DNA of 64,000 bases from Oscillospiraceae bacterium (GTDB lineage: Bacteria; Bacillota; Clostridia; Oscillospirales; UBA929): contig WRIZ01000001.1 in assembly GCA_009782475.1 (NCBI GenBank), positions 42,020 to 106,019 of the forward strand. Reading direction: 5' to 3'. A program made the translations under genes and the position numbers. How positions within the stretch are numbered: the first letter of the stretch is position 1; each line of letters starts with the position of its first letter. Positions 19,207-29,077 of the stretch are shown here, in pieces. A model generated the notes under the pieces. That model saw only the letters and a program-made list of their open reading frames with translations, was not told where the DNA came from and did not search any database.

Positions 19207-21744
19207 ATGATGATGAACAAACCATTTGAGTCGGGCGGGCTGACAACCGCCCAAGCGCGAATACTTTTGGAGGAATACGGTAAAAACGAACTTTCCTCGG
19301 AGAAAAAACAGCCTTTTATCAAGAAAATATTCCACATCATCACCGAGCCGATGTTTCTGCTGCTGATCATCGCGGCGGCCATTTATTTTATCCTCGGCGA
19401 ACCGGCCGACGGTTTGATCATGCTGGCGTTTGTGGCCGGTATGATCAGTATTGAAACCATACAGGAATGGAAAACCGATAAAACGCTAAGCGCGTTGAAA
19501 GACCTGTCCGCGCCGTATGTAACCGTTTTGCGGGACGGCAGGGAGACGGAGATCGCCAGCGCGGAGCTTGTGCCGGGCGACATGATGATGGTGCATGAGG
19601 GGGTAAGGATCCCCGCCGACGGCTATGTGTTCAGGTGCAATGACTTATGCGCCGATGAATCCTCGCTGACAGGCGAAGCCGAAGGGGTTTGGAAAGTCGC
19701 CTGGAAAGTGGCAACCGACGGCACCGAAAAACCGGCCGGTTACTGGCGCAATGACTATTGCTACGCCGGAACCCTTGTGACCCAAGGCACAGGGGTGTTG
19801 TGCGTCGACAAAACCGGCAGCCGAACCGAATACGGCAAGATCGGGGTCAATGTGGCCGAAGCTCCGGCGGATAAAACCCCTTTGCAAAAGCAAATCGGCA
19901 GAATTGTCCGGTTTTGCGCCGTCTTGGCGGCAACCCTGTTTGTCTTGGTAGCCGTCGTAACTTGGTTCAATATCCCTCTCCTTCCGTCCGGGGACAGGGT
20001 CATTGCCAGCATCCTCGCCGGGATCACCTTGGCCATGGCCATGATCCCGGAAGAGTTTCCGGTTATATTGACCGTCTTTATGTCGATGGGGGCTTGGCGG
20101 CTGGCCAAGAAAAACTCGCTGGTGCGCAAGCTGCCGTCGGTTGAAACGCTCGGCGCGGTTTCCGTTCTCTGTGTGGACAAAACGGGGACGATCACACTCA
20201 ACCAAATGACGGTGCAGGATGAATGGGTGGCCAACAGCGACGAGGACAATTTGGTGGAGATCATGGGGCTTGCCTGTGAAACAGACGCTTATGACCCGAT
20301 GGAAAAAGCCATGCTGGCTCATTGCGAAGAGCAGCACGGCATCACAAAAAACCACCTTTTCGGCGGCAGGCTGATCTCCGAATACGCCTTTACCAACGAG
20401 CTAAAGATGATGGGGCATATTTGGCATCATGACGGCGAGATCATCATCGCCGCCAAAGGCTCGCCCGAGCGCATCCTCACCGTTTGCGCGCTGACGGATG
20501 AAGAGCGGGCGGCGGTGGATGAAAAAATCCTTGCAATGAGCCGGCAGGGCTTGCGGGTCATCGCCGTGGCGATGGGCAAACCGCCGACCGAAGCCGACAT
20601 CCCCGTCAACATCCTCGACTGCTCCCTAACCCTTTGCGGTTTGGTGGGGCTGGCCGACCCGCCGAGGGAATCGGTTAAAGCCGATATCGCCGCCTGCCGC
20701 AAAGCGGGAATCCGCGTGGTTATGATCACAGGCGACAACGGCGTCACCGCCGCGTCAATCGCCCAAAAGATCGGCATACCGAACCACGATCAAATCATCA
20801 CGGGGGATGAATTATCGAACATGACGGATGAAGAATTGTGCCGAAATATTCAAAATGTCAGCATCTTCTCCCGGGTGCTTCCCGAACATAAAATGCGCAT
20901 CGTCAAAGCGTTTAAGGAGAACGGCGAAGTTGTCGCCATGACGGGTGACGGCGTGAACGACGCATCGGCTCTGAAATACGCCGACATCGGCGTCGCTATG
21001 GGGCAGCGCGGAAGCGAGGTTTCCCGCGAAGCCGCCGACCTCATCCTCTTAGACGATCATTTCACCACCATCGTGGACACCATCAAAGACGGGCGGCGTA
21101 TTTTCGATAATGTCCGCAAAGCCATCAGCTATGTTTTCACCATTCATATCCCGATCGCGCTGGCGGCACTGCTTGCCCCGGCGATCGGGATAGAACCGGA
21201 TTTTCTGCTCTTTCTGCCCGTGCTTGTGGTGCTGCTTGAATTGATTATAGACCCGACTTGTTCAATCGTTTTGGAACGGCAGCCCGCCGAATCCGACATC
21301 ATGAACCGCAAACCGCGCGACCCGAAAATCAGTATGCTGACATGGGGCGTCATGCTCAAAAGCGTGACGCAGGGCTTGACCGTCTTCGCGGCGTCATTCG
21401 GCGCATATTACTTTACCTTATCGGCAGACCCGGGCAGCGCGGGCGCGGCTAGGGCGATGGGGCTCGGCGTGCTGATGGTCGCCAACCTCTTTTTGGTGCA
21501 ATGCAACAGCTCCGACATTGACAGCATCTTCACATCTGTCAGGCGTTTATCCAAAGACAAAGTGATGTGGGTGGTCAATGTCACCATCCTGACGGCTCTG
21601 TTTGTCTTTCTCTATACGCCGCTGAATGGGTTTCTAAAGCTAGCCCCGCTCACGGCAGGGCAATTCTGCGCCATGCTCGGTTTGGCGGCGGCTTCGGTGT
21701 TGTGGATCGAAATTGTCAAGCTGGTCAAGAGGCTGCGCAGATAG
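19207..21744 (+). CDS. Cation-translocating P-type ATPase (Ca2+/P2-type)
   Basis: DKTGTIT phosphorylation site, TGES-like actuator motif (SLTGEA), TGDGVNDA hinge and 10 predicted TM segments. Start taken at the ATG 6 nt after GGAGG. Confidence 0.9.
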   Translation: MMMNKPFESGGLTTAQARILLEEYGKNELSSEKKQPFIKKIFHIITEPMFLLLIIAAAIYFILGEPADGLIMLAFVAGMISIETIQEWKTDKTLSALKDLSAPYVTVLRDGRETEIASAELVPGDMMMVHEGVRIPADGYVFRCNDLCADESSLTGEAEGVWKVAWKVATDGTEKPAGYWRNDYCYAGTLVTQGTGVLCVDKTGSRTEYGKIGVNVAEAPADKTPLQKQIGRIVRFCAVLAATLFVLVAVVTWFNIPLLPSGDRVIASILAGITLAMAMIPEEFPVILTVFMSMGAWRLAKKNSLVRKLPSVETLGAVSVLCVDKTGTITLNQMTVQDEWVANSDEDNLVEIMGLACETDAYDPMEKAMLAHCEEQHGITKNHLFGGRLISEYAFTNELKMMGHIWHHDGEIIIAAKGSPERILTVCALTDEERAAVDEKILAMSRQGLRVIAVAMGKPPTEADIPVNILDCSLTLCGLVGLADPPRESVKADIAACRKAGIRVVMITGDNGVTAASIAQKIGIPNHDQIITGDELSNMTDEELCRNIQNVSIFSRVLPEHKMRIVKAFKENGEVVAMTGDGVNDASALKYADIGVAMGQRGSEVSREAADLILLDDHFTTIVDTIKDGRRIFDNVRKAISYVFTIHIPIALAALLAPAIGIEPDFLLFLPVLVVLLELIIDPTCSIVLERQPAESDIMNRKPRDPKISMLTWGVMLKSVTQGLTVFAASFGAYYFTLSADPGSAGAARAMGLGVLMVANLFLVQCNSSDIDSIFTSVRRLSKDKVMWVVNVTILTALFVFLYTPLNGFLKLAPLTAGQFCAMLGLAAASVLWIEIVKLVKRLRR

Positions 21745-21749
21745 ATGTT

Positions 21750-22433
21750 TCAGCTGATGGCCAAACGGCTCAGTTCCATAGGCTCGAGTTTTGTCCCGTC
21801 TTTATAGACCCTCATGCTGCCCGCCGCCACTTCGTCGATCAGCGCGATTTCGCCGTTTGCGCCGACCCGCCCGAATTCCAGCTTTATATCAATCAATTCC
21901 ATGCCCTTGCCCGCCAAATCGTCCCTGATCAGGTTCGAGATGTGCCAGGTAAGGGCTACCAGTTTGTCGTGCTCGTCGCCTGTCAGTATACCGAGCTGTT
22001 CCAGCGCGTTCCGGGTGATCAGCGGGTCGCCGCGCTCGTCGTCTTTCAGGGTGATTTCGATCAGCGCGTCCAGAGGCTGTCCTTCTTTGGCGTATAACCC
22101 GTAACGCCGGACAAAACTCCCGGTCGCGCGGTAGCGGCAGATAAATTCCACCCCATGGCTGAACAGTGCGGCCGGAAGCACCGTCATGGTTCCGGCGTTC
22201 AGGTCGGTGGAGATGTGGTGGGTCGGGATATTGTCTTTTTTACACAGGTTGAAGTAATAATCCGTCATTTTGAGATTGCTCATGCCCAGTCCGTCAATGG
22301 ACAACGCCACCTCGTTGGCACCGGGGTCGAATACGCCGTTCACCCCGGTGGCGTCGTCTTTGAATTTGAGCAGTATATGGCCGTCGTCCAGCGCGTAAAC
22401 GTCTTTGGTTTTCCCTGTTTTCAGCAATTTCAT
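21750..22433 (-). CDS. purC: Phosphoribosylaminoimidazole-succinocarboxamide (SAICAR) synthase
   Basis: MKLLKTGKTKDVY start, ICRYRATGSF and IDIKLEFG motifs. Confidence 0.92.
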   Translation of the reverse strand: MKLLKTGKTKDVYALDDGHILLKFKDDATGVNGVFDPGANEVALSIDGLGMSNLKMTDYYFNLCKKDNIPTHHISTDLNAGTMTVLPAALFSHGVEFICRYRATGSFVRRYGLYAKEGQPLDALIEITLKDDERGDPLITRNALEQLGILTGDEHDKLVALTWHISNLIRDDLAGKGMELIDIKLEFGRVGANGEIALIDEVAAGSMRVYKDGTKLEPMELSRLAIS

Positions 22434-22580
22434 GGCTATCGCCCCTTCCTTGTTTCTCAGTATATAGCAAATTCCGGGGCGATACAAGAAAAATTTACCG
22501 TATGGCTTGCCAACTTTTTCATCTTATGTTAACATAATGTAAGTTGCTGTCAACTTTGCCCGAATGGAAGGAGGGATCGG

Positions 22581-23582
22581 ATGAAGGGTTTGCTTCTCGC
22601 GCTGTACTGCGTGATCATTGTCATCCTTTCGGCCTGTTCCGGGCCGATGGAATCCTTTATCGAATACGCCCCCCCTCCGCCCGCAGCCCGGCAGGAAGTT
22701 GTTCCGCTGGTTTATCCGGCAGAACCGCCCGAACCCGCCGCCGTGGCCGACGCTCTTCCCGACGCGGCGGATGAATCGCTGGGAGCAGACGACGAAGGCG
22801 CCATCTCCGACTTCTCGGTGACGCAGGACGGGACAGAAATCAACATGCCGGATGCCGATTTATACATTTACGGTCATTACATAGAAGAGAACGAAGTGCG
22901 ATACCGTTCCTTTTTGGAAGCCTACCCGGACTTGTCCACCGAGTCGTCGCTGGCTTTGGTCAACATCAACGCCGATTACGGCTATTATAACGGCATTTCC
23001 GCCATCAGCAATCCCGAAAGCCTGCTGGTGCTGTGCAATAAAAACCATCAGCTCCCTATAGAATATATCCCGGAAAAGGTAAGCGTTATAAAGGGTACGT
23101 CGTATACCCTGCGCGAGGAAGCGGCGGAGGCGTTTGAGCTGATGCGGGAGGCTATGAAAGACGGGCTGGGTCTGCCCCTTGTCGTCGTTTCGGCCTACCG
23201 TGATTATACCTATCAAGAAAACCTCTACCGTAAATATTTTGCCTCCGACGGCGAAAGAGCCGACACCTATTCGGCGAGGGCGGGGCATTCCGAGCACCAA
23301 ACCGGCCTTGCCGTTGACCTTCTGCACAAGTCGTCGTCGGGCAGCCTCCGCGGCGCGGGATTCCAGCACACGGCGCAATACGCGTGGATGCAATCCCACG
23401 CGCATCAATACGGCTTTATCCTCCGCTACCCCGAAGGGAGCGAATCCATCACCGGATACCGTTTCGAGCCGTGGCACTGGCGGTATATCGGCGTTGAAGA
23501 CGCGACGCGGATGTTTGAAGAGGGTTTTGCCACCTTTGAAGAGTATATCGGGACGGTCTACGCAACCTCGACCCCGGTATAG
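22581..23582 (+). CDS. M15-family D-alanyl-D-alanine carboxypeptidase (VanY-like) lipoprotein
   Basis: Lipobox ILSAC, SAYRDYTYQ, HSEHQTGLAVD and EPWHWRY zinc-peptidase motifs. Confidence 0.85.
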   Translation: MKGLLLALYCVIIVILSACSGPMESFIEYAPPPPAARQEVVPLVYPAEPPEPAAVADALPDAADESLGADDEGAISDFSVTQDGTEINMPDADLYIYGHYIEENEVRYRSFLEAYPDLSTESSLALVNINADYGYYNGISAISNPESLLVLCNKNHQLPIEYIPEKVSVIKGTSYTLREEAAEAFELMREAMKDGLGLPLVVVSAYRDYTYQENLYRKYFASDGERADTYSARAGHSEHQTGLAVDLLHKSSSGSLRGAGFQHTAQYAWMQSHAHQYGFILRYPEGSESITGYRFEPWHWRYIGVEDATRMFEEGFATFEEYIGTVYATSTPV

Positions 23583-24316
23583 TACCATTGTAATATCTCT
23601 TCATATGTCAACCCCTGCAATGCCAGCTGCCGCGCCCCGAACTGGCTCATGCCCACGCCGTGGCCGCGCGGGCCGTTGGGGAACTCCTTGTCAAACGCGC
23701 TGTCAACGCTTTGCAGATACGGCACTTCCCCGCCCCACACCTCGGCCGCGGAGCGTGTGCGCCCGTCGGTGGCCGCGAAGAAGACCGCCTCGATCAGCTC
23801 CCCCTCATACGTAATAACCACGCCGTCCGTTTCATCAACGGCGGCGATGATTTTTTGCGACCATTCCTCATACCCCTCGCCCCAGTCCCCGGCGCGGCTT
23901 GAAAGCGGCGCGTAAGCGAGGCAGCATTCCCATTCGGCGCAAACCAGCGCGTTCTCATGGTAGGGAACCTCCATAGCGTGCGCCACAAATGTCCGTATGG
24001 CCACGGCTTGCGCCTTCAATGCCTCTTCGGGGTAGAGAGCGGGCATTTCGGCCGCCACCGATCCATATAGATACTCCTGCAAGTCAATCTCCGCCGGGGT
24101 TCCGTTCACCAATACCGTAATGGCCGTTTTCTCCGGCGGCGGTAACGACGAAGGGGACGCCGGCGGTTCGGCAACGGGGCTTTCAACCGGGGGCAGAGGC
24201 GTTTCCTCTGCCTCCTCCAGGGCTTGCCCGGGCGGGTTGCTTTGCCCTGTTGTCAGCAGCGGGATGAGGAAAGCGGCGAGAAAGAGCGCCAGAGATACAA
24301 GCAATGTGCGTTTCAT
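23558..24316 (-). CDS. SpoIID/LytB domain protein
   Basis: Signal/TM N-terminus, LKAQAVAIRTF, and a GHGVGMSQFGA C-terminal motif characteristic of SpoIID lytic transglycosylase. Confidence 0.85.
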   Translation of the reverse strand: MKRTLLVSLALFLAAFLIPLLTTGQSNPPGQALEEAEETPLPPVESPVAEPPASPSSLPPPEKTAITVLVNGTPAEIDLQEYLYGSVAAEMPALYPEEALKAQAVAIRTFVAHAMEVPYHENALVCAEWECCLAYAPLSSRAGDWGEGYEEWSQKIIAAVDETDGVVITYEGELIEAVFFAATDGRTRSAAEVWGGEVPYLQSVDSAFDKEFPNGPRGHGVGMSQFGARQLALQGLTYEEILQWYYTGVEVA

Positions 24317-24394
24317 CGGTAAAAACCCCTTGACTATTGTGATTGAGCCTGATATAATGCCTTACTATCGTTCTAGCAGGAAAGGAACATACGG

Positions 24395-25753
24395 ATGGAG
24401 ACGACGAATAAGGTGCAATCGTTTATAGACAACCTATGTGAGGAATACCCAAAATATAACCATATAGACCCCAGCAGCTACGCCAATGAGAACGTCAAGC
24501 GCGGCCTCCGCAACGCCGACGGGACGGGCGTCCTCGCGGGCTTAACACGGGTGGGGTCGGCGCAAGGATACTATGTACAGGACGGCGCGAAAACGCCGAT
24601 GGACGGGCGGCTTGTTTACCGCGGCATCGACATACGCGACCTGGTGGCCGGCGTCACCGAAGACAAGCGGTTCGGCTTTGAGGAAGTTGCTTACCTTCTG
24701 CTGTGCGGAACCCTGCCCAACAAAACGCAGCTCGGTGATTTTCACAATGTGATGAACGAGCTGCGCCATCTGCCCAAAGGGTTTACCGAAGACGCCATTT
24801 TGAAAAACCCCAGCCCGGACATTATGAACAAACTGGCCAGCTGTATCCTCTCGCTCTACTCCTACGACGCCAATCCTGACAGCTGCAAACTGGCCGATAT
24901 GCTGCGCCACGGCATGGAACTGACGGCGCGCGCGCCGGTCATCGTCGCCCACGCCTTTGCCGTTAAGAGGCATTACTATGACCGGGAGAGCCTTGTGCTG
25001 CATATTTTACGCGACGACGTCTCGCTGGCGGAAAACTTCCTTCACCTGCTCCGTCCCGACAAGCAGTTTACCCCCGAGGAGGCGCATTTGCTCGACCTCT
25101 GCCTCATTCTGCACGCCGAACACGGCGGCGGCAACAACTCCACCTTCACCTGCCGCACCCTGACCTCCTCGATGACCGATACCTATTCGGCCATCGCTGG
25201 AGCCATCGGCTCGCTCAAAGGTCCTCTGCACGGCGGTGCCAACAATCAGGTCATGGACATGTTTGAACATATCAAGTCCGGCATCAAAAACTGGGACGAT
25301 GAAGACGAAATCTGTGATTATTTGGGAAAAATCCTCCGCAAAGAGGCCGGAAACGGCGACGGCAAGATATACGGCATGGGTCACGCCGTCTATACCCTCT
25401 CCGACCCGCGCGCCATCCTTCTGAAGAAATACGCGCGCGAACTGGCTCCCAAGCACGGCTGTTTGGAAGAGTTCAATTTGTTGGAAGCGGTGGAGCGTCT
25501 TTCCCCCAAGGTGTTCGCCTCGATTAAAGGCGACTCCAAAACAATCTCCGCCAATGTGGATATGTTCTCCGGCCTTGTTTACCAAATGCTCGGCATCCCG
25601 GCCGAGATGTATACACCCATCTTCGCCGTGGCCCGCATCGTGGGTTGGTGCGCCCACCGCATCGAAGAGGCCATCTACGGCGGCCGCATCATGCGCCCGG
25701 CTTACCGCAGCCTCGAACCGATCAAAGGCTATACGCCGCTGGATGAGCGTTGA
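24395..25753 (+). CDS. Citrate synthase
   Basis: 452 aa with LILHAEHGGGNNSTF, GPLHGGAN and YGMGHAVY catalytic motifs. Confidence 0.92.
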   Translation: METTNKVQSFIDNLCEEYPKYNHIDPSSYANENVKRGLRNADGTGVLAGLTRVGSAQGYYVQDGAKTPMDGRLVYRGIDIRDLVAGVTEDKRFGFEEVAYLLLCGTLPNKTQLGDFHNVMNELRHLPKGFTEDAILKNPSPDIMNKLASCILSLYSYDANPDSCKLADMLRHGMELTARAPVIVAHAFAVKRHYYDRESLVLHILRDDVSLAENFLHLLRPDKQFTPEEAHLLDLCLILHAEHGGGNNSTFTCRTLTSSMTDTYSAIAGAIGSLKGPLHGGANNQVMDMFEHIKSGIKNWDDEDEICDYLGKILRKEAGNGDGKIYGMGHAVYTLSDPRAILLKKYARELAPKHGCLEEFNLLEAVERLSPKVFASIKGDSKTISANVDMFSGLVYQMLGIPAEMYTPIFAVARIVGWCAHRIEEAIYGGRIMRPAYRSLEPIKGYTPLDER

Positions 25754-26589
25754 TGGGCATCCTTCTTCTTGCCATCCTGTGCGGCTTAGGAGCCGCTGTT
25801 CTGCGCGGATTTCAGCTGACCGGCTCCTTTGATTCGGAAACCGCCCTCATTCCGGCGGGCGACACGGTGACCATCGCGCTGATGGTTCTTTCTGCTGTGT
25901 TTGCGGCGGTTGTGATCGCTACTTTCCTTCTGCGGCGCGGAAAAGCGGCTCCGCAACCAAAAACTCTCCCCAAAGCCTGGCTGGTCATTGAACTGGCGGC
26001 TTTGGCGGCTTTGGCTCTTTCGTCTTCGTTCGATTTGGCCAACGGCTTCACTGAACAGCGGGTGAGCTCCATTTGCCTCGGGTTTTTAGGGTTGGCCGGG
26101 GCGGCGTCTCTGCTGATGATTACCAAACGGATCAACGCGTTACCGTCGGCCGCCGGGTTTTGGGCGACCGTTCCGGTTTTTTGGTCTTGTTTGATGATGA
26201 TCATGGAGTTTTGGGGTCACGCGGGCAACCCCGTCCGCAACACCTACGTATATGGAATGTTCGCGACCGTCTTCTGCACCCTTGCTTTATATGCCGCCGC
26301 GGGATTCTTCTTCGGCAAGGCCAATGCGGGACGGGTCTTTTTATACGCTTTGCCGGGCGTTTACTTCGCAACCCTGACCTTAGGCGGCGCGCTGCTGGCC
26401 GAACAGCTGGGGCAGCCGATTATCCAGCTCTCCACGGCCTCGCTTCTGCGCTACGCCTTTATTGTCCTGCACCTTTCCGCCGTTGTGATCGCGGTGCAGT
26501 ACGGGCGGCTTACCCCGCCGAAACCGGAGCCGGAGGATGAACCTAACCCGGAAAACGGAGAGGAAACCGAATATGATAAAGCCCCCTAA
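25750..26589 (+). CDS. Polytopic membrane protein, unknown function
   Basis: About 8 hydrophobic segments and an acidic/proline C-terminal tail. 4-nt overlap with the citrate synthase stop. Confidence 0.6.
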   Translation: MMGILLLAILCGLGAAVLRGFQLTGSFDSETALIPAGDTVTIALMVLSAVFAAVVIATFLLRRGKAAPQPKTLPKAWLVIELAALAALALSSSFDLANGFTEQRVSSICLGFLGLAGAASLLMITKRINALPSAAGFWATVPVFWSCLMMIMEFWGHAGNPVRNTYVYGMFATVFCTLALYAAAGFFFGKANAGRVFLYALPGVYFATLTLGGALLAEQLGQPIIQLSTASLLRYAFIVLHLSAVVIAVQYGRLTPPKPEPEDEPNPENGEETEYDKAP

Positions 26590-26605
26590 AGGGCTTTATT
26601 TTTTT
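26578..26605 (+). terminator. Intrinsic terminator
   Basis: AAAGCCC-CCTAAA-GGGCTTT followed by ATTTTTTT. Confidence 0.65.
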
Positions 26606-26618
26606 CGCTCGACAAAAT

Positions 26619-26646
26619 TCGACAAATCGGTGCCGAATTGTATGAT
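26619..26646 (+). promoter_or_regulatory. Promoter of metzincin cassette 1 (duplicated at 28242-28269)
   Basis: TCGACA, 16 nt, TATGAT. It is preceded by a TCGACAAA direct repeat. The whole segment is repeated nearly identically upstream of cassette 2. Confidence 0.45.
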
Positions 26647-26701
26647 ACACTACCCTCAGAGGGAAATCTTTCCTCTAACATTATTAAGGAGTGAGGTCAA
26701 A

Positions 26702-27454
26702 ATGCGAAAGAGACTGTTACAAATCGGGGTTCCGGCCGTTTGCGGGGTGCTGCTGTTGTTAATTCTAACCATAGCGGCTCCGTGGAAAAGCGGCGGGAAG
26801 GACACCCCTGTGAGGGTGAGCGAATACACAGATGCTTCTTCTCTGTATCGGTCGTATACTTTGGAGGAAGCTATCCTCGAATCTGACTTGGTTGCTGACA
26901 TAACGATTACCTCATGGCTGGGTGAGACAGAAAGACCTGACAGCACCTTTTTTAAGGCTAAGGTAAATAATGTTATTGCTGGAGAGCCGCTTGAAGAGCT
27001 TGTCGTTGTACAGGTCGGATGCGGTAGTTCCACACGAGACGATTACCCTTTGTTCCAAAGAGGCGACCGTTTACTGTTGTTTTTAATAGATTATGACGGC
27101 CCTAAAGACGAAAAAATGCCCTATGATACTGCATACTGGATTATCGGTTCATACTCCACCGTAATGGACGTCGTAACCGTTGGCAAAACCCTTTACGCCA
27201 TAGACCGATGGGGCTTCATGACGCGGGATGAGGAAAACTACGATTATGATGAGCACGGAAATTACATAGAGGTTCTCGATTCAAGGTATGGGTTTTCAGA
27301 TCTGAATCAATCAGAAGCAAGAACAGCACTCCGGCGAAGGGATGAAGCCGATCCGATTTTGGCAACAATGAACAACAGGAGCAATAGGGTTCTGCTCTAT
27401 GATGAGGTACTTAACTATGCACAAAAGATCAATAAAGGAGGCATTACGGAATGA
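26702..27454 (+). CDS. N-terminally membrane-anchored protein, cassette 1 gene a (unknown; possible protease partner/inhibitor)
   Basis: MRKRLLQIGVPAVCGVLLLLILTIAAPW anchor and an AAGGAGTGAGG RBS. The stop overlaps the ATG of the metzincin gene (ATGA). Paralogue at 28325-29077. Confidence 0.6.
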   Translation: MRKRLLQIGVPAVCGVLLLLILTIAAPWKSGGKDTPVRVSEYTDASSLYRSYTLEEAILESDLVADITITSWLGETERPDSTFFKAKVNNVIAGEPLEELVVVQVGCGSSTRDDYPLFQRGDRLLLFLIDYDGPKDEKMPYDTAYWIIGSYSTVMDVVTVGKTLYAIDRWGFMTRDEENYDYDEHGNYIEVLDSRYGFSDLNQSEARTALRRRDEADPILATMNNRSNRVLLYDEVLNYAQKINKGGITE

Positions 27455-28167
27455 AACGGGTAGGAATTATCTCCCTTACGCTGCTTATCTGCCTTTCACT
27501 GCCGCTCAGTACAGCGGCACATCCTTCAAGCCAAAGCGGCATCATTCAATGGGGCGAAGGCATCGGTTGGGATATTTATGAACCTATGCACTCCAACGGT
27601 TCAATCATACGCTATAAACTTGGTACTGGAGCCGCTTCCTATAGAAGCACCATTTCCGCCGGGGCGGCATGGTGGGGAGGTACGGTAGGCATTGTCGAAA
27701 ATACCGCGCTGGCAGTAGGAACGATTGAGGCTTTTAATGCTGGTAGTAATGGTGAGGCAGGCGTATTTAGGCGTTCTAGATCAGTAGTGGATTCATCAAA
27801 GCATTTTTTATCTTGGGAAATGGAGTTAAATACGTATTACGGAGTATCACAGCATACGGTAGCGCACGAGTTTGGTCATGCAATCGGCTTGAATGACCTT
27901 GGCGACCCCAGTAATGTAAATAAACTTATGTTCCGCAATACCAGCAGTACCGCCACCACCGCAACGGCTGCGGACAGGAAGGGAGCGGAAGTGATCCTTG
28001 GCATTCATTCCACCCATACATGGGGATACAAGTATTCCATGACATTGCCTGTGGGGCTCAAGTGCCACCAACAATACTGCACCGTCTGCGACGGCTTTGT
28101 ACCGGGACACAGCGTTTGTATATACAACGCGCAGAACATCTGCACCCCTTGCGGAACACCTAAGTAA
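27451..28167 (+). CDS. Secreted zinc metalloprotease, metzincin with snapalysin-type HEXXHXXGXXD motif, cassette 1 gene b
   Basis: Signal peptide, HEFGHAIGLND, downstream Met-turn candidate KLMF, and a Cys-rich tail CHQQYCTVC...CIYNAQNICTPC. Confidence 0.75.
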   Translation: MKRVGIISLTLLICLSLPLSTAAHPSSQSGIIQWGEGIGWDIYEPMHSNGSIIRYKLGTGAASYRSTISAGAAWWGGTVGIVENTALAVGTIEAFNAGSNGEAGVFRRSRSVVDSSKHFLSWEMELNTYYGVSQHTVAHEFGHAIGLNDLGDPSNVNKLMFRNTSSTATTATAADRKGAEVILGIHSTHTWGYKYSMTLPVGLKCHQQYCTVCDGFVPGHSVCIYNAQNICTPCGTPK

Positions 28168-28181
28168 CCAGCGAACAGCCA

Positions 28182-28205
28182 AAAACCCGCCGAACGGCGG
28201 GTTTT
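28182..28205 (+). terminator. Intrinsic terminator between cassettes
   Basis: CCCGCC-GAAC-GGCGGG with flanking A/T runs. Confidence 0.6.
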
Positions 28206-28324
28206 GCAGGGTAAAACTTTATTTTTTTCGCTCGACAAAATTCGACAAATCGGTGCCGAATTGTATGATACACTACCCTCAGAGGGAAATCTTTCCTCAA
28301 ACATTTTGAAGGAGTGAGGTCAAA

Positions 28325-29077
28325 ATGCGAAAGAAACTGTTACAAATCGGGGTTCCGGCCGTTTGCGGGGTGCTGCTGTTGATTCTAACCATAGCGGCTC
28401 CGTGGAAAAGCGGCGGGAAGGACACCCCCGTAAGGGTGGGCACACAGGGAATAACGGAATCGTCCCTGCATCGGTTTTACGATCTAGAGGATGCCATCCT
28501 ACATTCCGATTTGGTCGCGGACATTACCATCGCGTCTTGGCTGGGCGAGAACTCATACTTTCTAGGCCAGACCTACTTCAACGTAAAGGTCAACAACGTG
28601 CTGAAAGGAGCGGCACTTGAAGAGTTCATCCTTGTGCAGGAAGGCAACAGTAAATCTACAGTACGGAACTACCCCCTGTTTCAAAAAGGCGATCGGTTGC
28701 TCTTATTTCTAAATGAATATGACGGCACTACAGATGAACACACCGATTTCGATACAGTTTATTGGATCATCGGGGCGTATTCCACCGTGATGGACATTCA
28801 ATCTGTTGACGGAACCCTCTACGCCATCGACAGATGGGGGGGCATGACGAGTGAAGATAGAGGATATCACAATGAAGACGGACTGTACATTGAAGTCATT
28901 AAGCCTAGGCACGACTTGACAACCCTTGATTCCGCAACCGCGAGTAGAACCATTCAACGAAGGGATGAAGCCGATCCGGTACTGGCGCAGATGGACAACA
29001 GCCGGAACAGGGTTCTGCTCTATGATGAGGTGCTCAACTATGTACAAAAGATCAATAAAGGAGGAACGGCGGAATGA
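28325..29077 (+). CDS. Membrane-anchored protein, cassette 2 gene a (paralogue of 26702-27454)
   Basis: The first ~38 aa and last ~40 aa are nearly identical to the cassette 1 protein, and the central region has diverged. Confidence 0.6.
   Translation: MRKKLLQIGVPAVCGVLLLILTIAAPWKSGGKDTPVRVGTQGITESSLHRFYDLEDAILHSDLVADITIASWLGENSYFLGQTYFNVKVNNVLKGAALEEFILVQEGNSKSTVRNYPLFQKGDRLLLFLNEYDGTTDEHTDFDTVYWIIGAYSTVMDIQSVDGTLYAIDRWGGMTSEDRGYHNEDGLYIEVIKPRHDLTTLDSATASRTIQRRDEADPVLAQMDNSRNRVLLYDEVLNYVQKINKGGTAE

Noticed and set aside
24180-24215. Hairpin GGCAGAGG-CGTTT-CCTCTGCC and neighbouring GC palindromes.
   Set aside because: It lies inside the SpoIID-domain coding region (Pro/Glu-rich linker). There is no T-run and no second copy, so it is probably incidental.
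26537-26701. N-terminal extensions offered by the ORF track (26537 for cassette gene a, 30846 for purH, 44733 for the RM gene, 59443 for the response regulator, 3840 for the methyltransferase).
   Set aside because: The extensions cross terminators, promoters or neighbouring genes. Internal starts have proper RBS spacing and match the family N-termini.
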